A stretch of DNA of 64,000 nt. It comes from an uncultured Eubacteriales bacterium. GTDB lineage: Bacteria; Bacillota; Clostridia; Oscillospirales; CAG-272. The position numbers and the translations under genes were made by a program. Location of the stretch: NCBI GenBank assembly GCA_958352145.1, contig CATWNM010000009.1, forward strand, positions 3 through 64,002. Direction: 5' to 3'. The notes under the pieces are model-generated. The model was not told the origin of the DNA, made no database searches, and was given only the letters and a program-made list of their open reading frames with translations. Of this stretch, positions 56,790-64,000 are shown in pieces. Within the stretch, counting starts at the first letter, position 1. Every line of letters begins with the position of its first letter.

Positions 56790-57509
56790 TCATTTGTTTT
56801 TATTGACCATACGATTCTGAATTTTGCCGTCCGCAAGGCGAACATAACGAACATACAGAGAAATCCGGTTCGCTTCGTTTAGATGACGCCAAATCTCATC
56901 CGTAAAGGCGTCGATATCATCCGGAATCCGCACGCGCTCCGGCTCGCCCGTAAAGGTCGGAATCGGACTGCCATCATGATTGTAGGTGTGCAGGAAATGC
57001 CCGAGTCCGGCAAGCGGCGCATAGGAAAACGTAAAGCGGTTGCAGGCGCTGCCCGCCGCGTCGGCGCTTTTCAAAATGCTCATTTTATAGGAAAAAGCCT
57101 GTCCTGAAAAAGTCAGCATAGCGCTGATGCGGGGCGTAAAGTTCGGCGCGTCAGGCTCAAAAGCGCGCGTATCGAGCGCATCCTCGAAGCGTCCGCCGTC
57201 CTTGACAAAATCATAGATCGTATCGGTCTGATCGCCGTTGGTCACGATCAGGCAGTCGTTCAGACGGCGAAGGGGCGAATAGATAATCAGCGAGGGATCC
57301 TCTACCTTAGACGCGTCAAACGGATGAATCACCACCTCGTCTCCCTGTTCCACAAACACGCGATTTCGGCTGTTTTCACTTCGTCCCATGATGAAATACG
57401 CCGCGGCGGCATACCGCGCATCCTCGCTCATACCAACGACGATCCCTCTCCCAACATAAGAATTGCCGGCAAGCAGCGTTCCAATGCTCTGCACATCATA
57501 AATACCCAT
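56790..57509 (-). CDS. IMP cyclohydrolase, stand-alone PurO-like type
   Basis: ATG 57509 follows a GGAGGAG RBS. NSYVGRGIVVGMSEDARYAAAAYFIMGRSENSRNRVF matches the IMP_cyclohyd family pattern. It lies directly upstream of purH. Confidence 0.75.
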   Translation of the reverse strand: MGIYDVQSIGTLLAGNSYVGRGIVVGMSEDARYAAAAYFIMGRSENSRNRVFVEQGDEVVIHPFDASKVEDPSLIIYSPLRRLNDCLIVTNGDQTDTIYDFVKDGGRFEDALDTRAFEPDAPNFTPRISAMLTFSGQAFSYKMSILKSADAAGSACNRFTFSYAPLAGLGHFLHTYNHDGSPIPTFTGEPERVRIPDDIDAFTDEIWRHLNEANRISLYVRYVRLADGKIQNRMVNKNK

Positions 57510-57520
57510 GTCTCTCCTCC

Positions 57521-57622
57521 AAAAAAACAAGGACAGCCCCCAAATCAGGACTGCCCAGACGGTCGGCTCGTATAATTTGTCGCTCCCCTGCGGTGCTCCG
57601 CAATTCCGTCGGTTACGGCAAA
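57521..57622 (-). promoter_or_regulatory. ZTP riboswitch (pfl motif) with terminator expression platform
   Basis: Minus strand reads TTTGCCG-TAACCGACGG-aatt-GCGGagcaCCGC-a-GGGGAGCGACAAA ... CCGTCTGGGCA, which matches the ZTP core (GGGGAGCGAC, CCGnCUGGGCA). The pseudoknot covaries (GACGG:CCGTC). The GGGCAGTCC/GGGCTGTCC hairpin plus T7 overlaps the 3' aptamer strand. Confidence 0.85.
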
Positions 57623-57636
57623 CTTCTTTTTCATTT

Positions 57637-57665
57637 ATTTTACTATTCCGCGCGTTTTTTGTCAA
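57637..57665 (-). promoter_or_regulatory. Sigma-A type promoter for the riboswitch-purO-purH unit, embedded in the hisJ 3' end
   Basis: Minus strand reads TTGACA-17 nt-TAAAAT, ending ~15 nt before the aptamer P1. Confidence 0.6.
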
Positions 57666-58464
57666 GTACAATTTTCGCATACGCGGCAAGCGCGGCGTCG
57701 TCATAGCCGCATTGCCTTGCAAAATCATAGGCGATTTGCCATCCTTTCGCCATTGACGGCGCAAAATGACAATCGCAGCTTAGCACGACAGGCAGCCCGT
57801 ACTGCCGTACGCGGCGCAGAATCCGCGCCGACGGATACGGCGCCGTCCTGTATCCTCGGGTCACTGCGCCGCTGTTGATTTCTACAATTTTTCCGCTTGC
57901 CGCGATCTTTTGCAAAGCGCTTTCCCATGCCTGCACATAGCGCGGAGCTTCCTCGTCAAACAGGACGCTTCTCTCGTTGAACTTGACCAGCGTATCAAAA
58001 TGCCCGATAATATCCACAAAAGGCAGATCCGCAAGCTTTGCCGCCTCGGCAAAATAATCCTCGGCAAAGCGCATCCAATCCCCGCCATACAGCCGCGCAA
58101 CACCTGCGCGCAGAATATCCGCGGACTCGTCAATCGGCAGGCATTCTCCGTTTTTAAACAGATAATGCACCGAACCGATGACAAAATCATAGCCGGCCGG
58201 CAGGTCGTTGCTGTAGAGGTCATGCTCGATGCCGCAGAGAATTTTGATTCTGTCCGCATATTCGTCCCGCAGCGCGCCGATCTCCGCACGGTAGGCCGCC
58301 GTTTTCTCACGGCTCATACAATAATTCGGGTCGAAGGACGTATAGGCGTGTCCTGAAAAGCCAAGGGCGTCAAACCCACCCGCAACGGCCGCCTCTGCCA
58401 TGTCGCGGGCGCTGCTGCGGCCGTCGCAGTATGTCGTATGCGTATGAAAATTCGTCTTCATCAT
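57643..58464 (-). CDS. hisJ: Histidinol-phosphatase, PHP family (HisJ/HisK type)
   Basis: MMKTNFHTHTTYCDG and GFSGHA are PHP-domain motifs. It is the last gene of the his operon and has an ATGA overlap with hisIE. Confidence 0.85.
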   Translation of the reverse strand: MMKTNFHTHTTYCDGRSSARDMAEAAVAGGFDALGFSGHAYTSFDPNYCMSREKTAAYRAEIGALRDEYADRIKILCGIEHDLYSNDLPAGYDFVIGSVHYLFKNGECLPIDESADILRAGVARLYGGDWMRFAEDYFAEAAKLADLPFVDIIGHFDTLVKFNERSVLFDEEAPRYVQAWESALQKIAASGKIVEINSGAVTRGYRTAPYPSARILRRVRQYGLPVVLSCDCHFAPSMAKGWQIAYDFARQCGYDDAALAAYAKIVLDKKRAE

Positions 58465-59111
58465 TTCGTCATTTTTTCCTGCTTAACTTTGTGATCGATG
58501 ACATGACGGGAGGCCAGTTCCCTGCGGATATCGTCAGCCGAAAGGCCCATCTCGGTCATTAAAACCAGCACATGATAAACAAGGTCGGAAATTTCATAAA
58601 TCGTTTCCGCGCGGTCGCCCGCCTTACCCGCAATAATGACCTCCGTGCACTCCTCGCCTACTTTTTTCAAAATTTTGTCTATGCCTTTGTCAAACAGATA
58701 GGTGGTATAGGAGCCTTCTTTGGGTTCGGTTTTTCTTCCCTCGATCAGCTTCTGCAAGCCGTCAATCGAAAAACGCTCCGCGCCGGACGTCTCATATACC
58801 GTCTCAAAAAAACAGGAATCCGCACCGGTATGACAGGCGGGGCCATCCTTGTGCACAAGCACGGTGAGTGCATCCCGGTCACAGTCCGCCGTGATCCGCA
58901 GAATGTGCTGATAATTGCCGCTGGTCTCGCCCTTTTTCCAAAGCGTCTTCCGAGAGCGGCTGTAAAAGCAGGTCATACCTGTTTCCATCGAAATTTTCAG
59001 GCTTTCCCGGTTCATATAAGCCAGCGTGAGCACCCGCCCGGTATCCGCATCGGTCACAACCGCGGGAATCAGTCCGTTTTCATCAAATTTCAGCGTTTCA
59101 ATATCAAACAT
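58461..59111 (-). CDS. hisIE: Bifunctional phosphoribosyl-AMP cyclohydrolase / phosphoribosyl-ATP diphosphatase
   Basis: 216 aa with an N-terminal HisI part (SRSR..LW.KGETSG) and a C-terminal HisE part (E.ADL.YH..VL). Confidence 0.9.
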   Translation of the reverse strand: MFDIETLKFDENGLIPAVVTDADTGRVLTLAYMNRESLKISMETGMTCFYSRSRKTLWKKGETSGNYQHILRITADCDRDALTVLVHKDGPACHTGADSCFFETVYETSGAERFSIDGLQKLIEGRKTEPKEGSYTTYLFDKGIDKILKKVGEECTEVIIAGKAGDRAETIYEISDLVYHVLVLMTEMGLSADDIRRELASRHVIDHKVKQEKMTK

Positions 59112-59114
59112 AAA

Positions 59115-59873
59115 TCAAATCCTCACATTGATATGATTTTCCCGGAGCACGCGCTTGAGCTCCGGAATTTTTACCGTACCGAAATGGAAAATGGAAGCGG
59201 CAAGCCCCGCGTCCACCGCCGGCAGCGTCTGAAACAGCGTCACAAAATCCGCAATGCAGCCGGCGCCGCCCGAGGCAATCACCGGCACGTGAACCGCGCG
59301 GGAAACTGCGTCGAGCATTTCCAGATCAAAACCGCCGCGCACACCGTCGGTGTCGATGGAATTGAGTACGACCTCGCCCGCGCCCTCTCCCACACAGCGG
59401 CGCAGCCACTCGACCGCCTCAAGTCCCGTATCTATACGACCGCCCTTGGCAAATACATGCAGCGCGCCGCCGACGCGCTTAACATCAGCCGAGATAACTA
59501 CGCATTGGTCGCCGTATTTTTTCGCCGCCTCGCCAATGAGCGCAGGGTTGTCGATCGCGCCTGTGTTGACGCTGACTTTATCCGCGCCGCATTTGAGCAC
59601 GCGGTCAAAATCCGCCACCGAGCGTATGCCGCCCCCCACCGTCAGCGGAATGAAGATCTCGGACGCAACCGCGCGCAGAATGTCCGTAAAAAGCGCGCGT
59701 CCCTCGGCGGAAGCCGTAATGTCGTAAAAAACCAATTCGTCCGCACCGCTGTCGCTGTACAGGCGCGCAAGTCCAACCGGCGAGGACACGTCGCTTAAAT
59801 CTTCAAAATTTACCCCTTTGACCACGCGGCCGTCCCGCACGTCCAGGCAAGGGATGATCCGTTTGGTAATCAT
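59115..59873 (-). CDS. hisF: Imidazole glycerol phosphate synthase cyclase subunit
   Basis: Internal ATG 59873 overlaps the hisA stop. MITKRIIPCLDVRDGRVVKG is the canonical HisF start. Confidence 0.95.
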   Translation of the reverse strand: MITKRIIPCLDVRDGRVVKGVNFEDLSDVSSPVGLARLYSDSGADELVFYDITASAEGRALFTDILRAVASEIFIPLTVGGGIRSVADFDRVLKCGADKVSVNTGAIDNPALIGEAAKKYGDQCVVISADVKRVGGALHVFAKGGRIDTGLEAVEWLRRCVGEGAGEVVLNSIDTDGVRGGFDLEMLDAVSRAVHVPVIASGGAGCIADFVTLFQTLPAVDAGLAASIFHFGTVKIPELKRVLRENHINVRI

Positions 59874-60583
59874 TTTGCCGCCTCCAAAGCCTCTTTTAAG
59901 TCGATCGCGCCGGTATAATAAGCCTTGCCGATGATCGCGCCGTACAGATCCAGCGCGCGAAGCGCCTGAACGTCCGCTAAGGTAGACACACCGCCCGAAG
60001 CAATCAGCTTTACGGTATAACGCCGGGCAAGGGACGCATAGAGCGCACGATTGGTTCCAAGCATCGCGCCGTCGCGCGAAATGTCGGTGCAAATCACGGT
60101 AGAAACGCCGATTGCCTGCATTTTTTCAAAAAACGCATCCACCGTATACGCGCTTTTCTCCGTCCAACCGCGGATCGCGACATACCCGTCCGCAAGATCC
60201 GCGCCGACCGCGACGCGCTCGCCGAAGCGCTCGATCGCCTTTTGAAGAAAATGCGCGTCGGTAACAGCTGCAGTTCCCAAAATCACGCGCGACGCGCCCG
60301 CTGAAAGATAGGCTTTTGCCGTTTCCATATCGCGAATGCCGCCGCCAACTTCCAAAAATAAATCCGTCTCCGCACAGATGCGCCGGACGACCGGCAGATT
60401 CGGCGTGCCGCCAAAGCGCGCGCCCTCAAGATCGACCACATGGATAAAGCGAGCGCCTGCGCGCACAAAATCCTTTACCACAGAGATCGGATCCTCGCTG
60501 TATACCGTCATTTGCGCATAGTCGCCTCTATACAGACGCACCGCCTTGCCCTCATATAAATCAATCGCCGGAAAAATATTCAT
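59870..60583 (-). CDS. hisA: ProFAR isomerase
   Basis: The MNIFPAIDLYEGKAVRL start at 60583 overlaps the hisH stop. Confidence 0.9.
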   Translation of the reverse strand: MNIFPAIDLYEGKAVRLYRGDYAQMTVYSEDPISVVKDFVRAGARFIHVVDLEGARFGGTPNLPVVRRICAETDLFLEVGGGIRDMETAKAYLSAGASRVILGTAAVTDAHFLQKAIERFGERVAVGADLADGYVAIRGWTEKSAYTVDAFFEKMQAIGVSTVICTDISRDGAMLGTNRALYASLARRYTVKLIASGGVSTLADVQALRALDLYGAIIGKAYYTGAIDLKEALEAAK

Positions 60584-61200
60584 ACGCACGCCTCCCCGCA
60601 AAACGCACGCAGGATCGAAAGCCCTACTTTTCCGCTTTTTTCAGGGTGAAACTGGCAGCCGTACACATTGCCAAGCGCAACCGCCGCCGTCAGCGGCGCG
60701 CCGTACTCGGCCACCGCCACGGTCGACGCGCCGCAGTCCATCCCGGCAAAGGAATGGACGAAATAGACGAAATCACCCTCCTGAATATAACGGAATAAAG
60801 GATTTTGAGGCTTTGTAAAGCGCAACGCGTTCCAGCCGATATGCGGAATTTTAAAGCTGCTTGGAATCACCTCCGAAATCGGACGCACGCAGCCTGGGAT
60901 CAATCCAAGCCCCATATGCTCGCCATACTCATAACTTTTCTCAAACAAAAGCTGCATGCCAAGACAAATGCCAAGCAAAGGCTTTCCTTTTCGGGCTTCC
61001 TCACACACGATCTTATCCAGCCCTCCGGCGCGGAGCTTTTCCGCAGCGTCCGCAAACGCGCCCACGCCGGGCAATACAAGTTTATCCGCCGAGCGAAGCG
61101 CTTTTTCTTCCCCGCTGACGCAGACCTCGGCGCCGACGGCCCGAAGGGAAGACGAAAGCGAAAACAAATTTCCCACGCCGTAATCTACGACCGCAATCAT
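60580..61200 (-). CDS. hisH: Imidazole glycerol phosphate synthase glutaminase subunit
   Basis: MIAVVDYGVGNL, catalytic GICLGMQ, and the HSF / FHPEKS motifs. Confidence 0.95.
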   Translation of the reverse strand: MIAVVDYGVGNLFSLSSSLRAVGAEVCVSGEEKALRSADKLVLPGVGAFADAAEKLRAGGLDKIVCEEARKGKPLLGICLGMQLLFEKSYEYGEHMGLGLIPGCVRPISEVIPSSFKIPHIGWNALRFTKPQNPLFRYIQEGDFVYFVHSFAGMDCGASTVAVAEYGAPLTAAVALGNVYGCQFHPEKSGKVGLSILRAFCGEACV

Positions 61201-61787
61201 TCAAGCACCCCTTTGGTCGACGGAACTTCGTCCGGATGTGCAGGATCCAGAGCGACGGCGATGCGCAGGCTGCGCGCCGCGGATTTAAACGCACCTTCAA
61301 TAATATGATGCGAATTCTCACCCACCATCTGCCGGATATGCAGCGTCAGCCCCGCGTGCCGGACAAACGCCATCCAAAATTCCTTGACAAGCTCGGTATC
61401 GAACGTTCCGACCCGCTCTGACGGAATCCGTAGGCCAAAACAAAGCAACCCGCGCCCCGAAAAATCGGCCGCGCTTAAAATCAACGCCTCGTCCATCGGA
61501 AGCAGAAAGCTGCCGTAACGTTGGATCCCGCGCTTCTCGCCAAGCGCGCGGGCAAACGCCATTCCAAGGCATATGCCGATATCCTCCACAGTATGGTGAT
61601 CGTCTACCTGAATGTCGCCCGCGCACTGAACAGTAAGGTCAAAACTGCCGTGCTTGGCAAACAGCGTGAGCATATGATCGAGAAAACCGCACGCCGTATT
61701 TATATCACTTTTGCCGGAGCCGTCCAGATTCAGCGTAAGGCGTATGGCGGTTTCCGCAGTCACGCGGTTGATTTCAGCCGTTCTCAT
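61197..61787 (-). CDS. hisB: Imidazoleglycerol-phosphate dehydratase
   Basis: 196 aa. The DDHHTVED and HHIIEG motifs are typical. Confidence 0.95.
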   Translation of the reverse strand: MRTAEINRVTAETAIRLTLNLDGSGKSDINTACGFLDHMLTLFAKHGSFDLTVQCAGDIQVDDHHTVEDIGICLGMAFARALGEKRGIQRYGSFLLPMDEALILSAADFSGRGLLCFGLRIPSERVGTFDTELVKEFWMAFVRHAGLTLHIRQMVGENSHHIIEGAFKSAARSLRIAVALDPAHPDEVPSTKGVLE

Positions 61788-62850
61788 ATTCTTTCTCCTT
61801 CAAAATTCCCCGTACCGCCGCAAGCAGCGTGGCGCATTCCTCGTCGGTTCCGACCGTAATGCGATTGTATCCGGCGATGCGCGGCGCATCGAAATGCCGC
61901 ACGAGCACGCCGCGCGCGCGAAGCCGCGCGTACAGTTCCCTGCCGCCAATGCGATCGCTCTTTGCAAACACAAAATTCGCCTGTGAGGGCAAAACCGTAA
62001 AGCCCAGCGCGCGGAGCCCATCGGTCAGCGCGGCGCGCGTACGTATGATTTTTCTGCAATTGCCCGCATAATACCCGTTCTCCGCAATCGCCGCCTCGCC
62101 CGCCGCCAGCGTCATGCGGTTGACATTATACGGATTGGTGGAAAATTTGATGCGGTTGAGGTCGTCAATCAGCTCCTCGTCCGCAATAGCGAAACCAAGC
62201 CGGGCTCCTGCCATGGAACGCGATTTGGAAAACGTCTGCACGACCAGCAGATTCGGATACCGGGCGGTCAAAGGACAGACGCTCTCCGCGCCGAAATCGA
62301 CATAGGCCTCGTCGATCACAACCACGTTTTGCGGATTGCTGCGAACGATCTCTTCCAGTTCGCACACCGGCAGCGCGCATCCGGTCGGCGCATTCGGATT
62401 GGCGATCACGATCAGCTTGTTTTTGCCGCAGTAATCCCGAAAATCCAGCGTAAAATCCGCCCGAAGCGGAATGCGTTCGGCCTCGACGCCGTGCAGCGCG
62501 GCAAACACGCTGTAAAAGCCGTATGTCACATCCGCGAAAGCCGCCTGCCGCTTTTCCGTACAAAACGCCATAAATGCAAAATTCAAAATATCGTCTGAGC
62601 CGTTGGAAACAAAAATATTCTCCGGCAAAACACCATAATGGGCGGCAAGGCTTTTACGCAGAGACAGGCAATCCGGATCCGAGTACAGCTGCAGCCGCGC
62701 GGCCTCCGCCTCCACTGCCGCCAGCACGCCGGGAGACGGCGGATAGGGCGATTCGTTTGTATTCAGCTTAATCAACGTTTCTCCGCGCGGCTGCTCACCG
62801 GGCGTATAGGCTTCTAGCGTTTGATAATCCGTATGCAAAAACCTGCTCAT
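61774..62850 (-). CDS. hisC: Histidinol-phosphate aminotransferase
   Basis: 358 aa class II aminotransferase with the PLP lysine in TFSKSRSMAG. Located in the his operon. Confidence 0.9.
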   Translation of the reverse strand: MSRFLHTDYQTLEAYTPGEQPRGETLIKLNTNESPYPPSPGVLAAVEAEAARLQLYSDPDCLSLRKSLAAHYGVLPENIFVSNGSDDILNFAFMAFCTEKRQAAFADVTYGFYSVFAALHGVEAERIPLRADFTLDFRDYCGKNKLIVIANPNAPTGCALPVCELEEIVRSNPQNVVVIDEAYVDFGAESVCPLTARYPNLLVVQTFSKSRSMAGARLGFAIADEELIDDLNRIKFSTNPYNVNRMTLAAGEAAIAENGYYAGNCRKIIRTRAALTDGLRALGFTVLPSQANFVFAKSDRIGGRELYARLRARGVLVRHFDAPRIAGYNRITVGTDEECATLLAAVRGILKEKEYENG

Positions 62851-64000
62851 TCCGCCTCCTCCAGCCGCACGGTCGCGCTGCGCGCGTGACCGTCCAGTCC
62901 CTCCTGCTCTGCAAAGCGCGCCACATCCCGGGCAACCGAAGCGAAAGCTTCTTTGGAAAAATACGTATACTGCGATTTTTTGACGAAATCATCGACTGAA
63001 AGCGGACTGGAAAAGCGCGCCGTACCCGAAGTCGGCAGTGTATGGTTCGGCCCGGCCAGATAATCGCCCAGCGCTTCCGGACAATGCCGCCCCAGAAAGA
63101 TCGATCCCGCGTGTTTTACCGCAGCCAGATAATCGAACGGGTTGTCTACCATCAATTCAAGATGCTCGGGCGCGATCTCGTTGGCAATATCTACGGCGCG
63201 CATCAGATCGTCGGTCACAATAAGTTTTCCGTTATTGTCAATTGAAGCGCGCGCAATCTCCGCGCGCGGCAGCAGCGGAATCTGCCGTTCAATCTCTGCG
63301 GAGACCGCCTCGGCCAGCGCCATACTGTCGGTCACAAGCACCGCGCTTGCCAGCCGGTCATGTTCGGCCTGTGAAAGCAGATCCGCCGCAACGTGCTCGG
63401 GATTCGACGCGCTGTCGGCCACAACCAAAATCTCGGACGGCCCCGCGATCATATCGATGGACACCCGGCCAAATACCTGCCGCTTGGCTTCGGCTACAAA
63501 CGCGTTTCCGGGGCCGACAATTTTGTCCACTCGCGGAATGCTCTTTGTGCCATAAGCCAGCGCGGCGACCGCCTGCGCGCCGCCCACGCGGAATACCCGG
63601 TCCACCCCTGCGATCTTCGCCGCCGCTAAAATCGCGGGACTGACCTTTCCGCCGTTTGACGGCGGCGTAACCATGACCAGTATGCCGCAGCCCGCGATCT
63701 TGGCGGGAATGCTGTCCATCAGCACCGTCGAGGGATACGCCGCCGTTCCGCCCGGGACATACAGCCCCACACGCTCGATCGGCGTGATCCGCTGTCCCAT
63801 CACCACACCGTCCCGCTCACAGGCAATAAAACTTTCGCGCACCTGCTTTTGGTGAAACGCGCGGATATTCTCCGCCGCACGCTCCAGCACGCGGATAAAT
63901 TCTGGCGGAACTTCGGTCAGCGCAGCATCGATCTCCGCCTGCGTCACCTCCAGTGAAGACAGCCGCACGCCGTCGAATTTCTCACAATAGCGATAAAGTG
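62847..64000 (-). CDS. hisD: Histidinol dehydrogenase (partial; N-terminus beyond the right edge)
   Basis: The frame stays open to nt 64000 (..LYRYCEKFDGVRLSSLEV..). Typical HisD motifs are present (GGTAAYPS, SQAEHD, GDY.AG.NH.LPT). Confidence 0.9.
   Translation of the reverse strand, partial: LYRYCEKFDGVRLSSLEVTQAEIDAALTEVPPEFIRVLERAAENIRAFHQKQVRESFIACERDGVVMGQRITPIERVGLYVPGGTAAYPSTVLMDSIPAKIAGCGILVMVTPPSNGGKVSPAILAAAKIAGVDRVFRVGGAQAVAALAYGTKSIPRVDKIVGPGNAFVAEAKRQVFGRVSIDMIAGPSEILVVADSASNPEHVAADLLSQAEHDRLASAVLVTDSMALAEAVSAEIERQIPLLPRAEIARASIDNNGKLIVTDDLMRAVDIANEIAPEHLELMVDNPFDYLAAVKHAGSIFLGRHCPEALGDYLAGPNHTLPTSGTARFSSPLSVDDFVKKSQYTYFSKEAFASVARDVARFAEQEGLDGHARSATVRLEEAE

Noticed and set aside
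1-64000. Looked for CRISPR arrays, tRNA/rRNA genes, transposases, integrases, reverse transcriptases, restriction-modification genes or other defence-system genes.
   Set aside because: I saw no regularly spaced direct repeats, no cloverleaf-like tRNA candidates and no recognisable mobile-element or defence proteins. The window is mostly core-genome operons.

Overview
This looks like a 64-kb chromosomal segment from a moderately high-GC, endospore-forming Clostridia-type Firmicute, since spoIIAA-spoIIAB-sigF, spoVS, abrB and rny-ymdB are all present. I call about 62 tightly packed protein genes. Many adjacent genes have 4-nt ATGA or longer start/stop overlaps, which suggests long operons.

Most of the content is housekeeping:
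- asnB, a CapA-like lipoprotein, and the spoIIA operon.
- A long minus-strand run: ruvC, a methyltransferase, ecfA1-ecfA2-ecfT, truA, an unknown gene, cvpA, pgsA, a Clp ATPase and an Mrp/NBP35 ATPase.
- DUF951-yfhO-ruvA-ruvB.
- An amino-acid ABC transporter plus asparaginase.
- rny-ymdB-spoVS-abrB and metY-metA.
- A ZTP-riboswitch-controlled IMP cyclohydrolase/purH pair.
- hisD-C-B-H-A-F-IE-J, with hisD running off the right edge.

I saw no rRNA, tRNA, CRISPR array, transposase, integrase or phage genes, and no recognisable defence system.

The less ordinary items are:
1. The N-terminal ~1200 codons of a secreted Rhs/YD-repeat (polymorphic-toxin type) protein that runs off the left edge. It is missing from the ORF track and sits behind a ~200-nt leader containing an intrinsic terminator.
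2. A hairpin-rich intergenic repeat family with an inverted, MITE-like pair.
3. An orphan Na+-decarboxylase beta subunit with an untracked 56-codon gamma-like micro-ORF.
4. A large SLH-anchored protein built from two tandem ~320-aa modules.
5. A LytS-type kinase paired with an atypical REC-wHTH/BTAD regulator, next to membrane-lipid genes.
6. A ~460-bp non-coding gap I cannot explain.

The long ORFs antisense to real genes are codon-bias shadows, and I rejected them.
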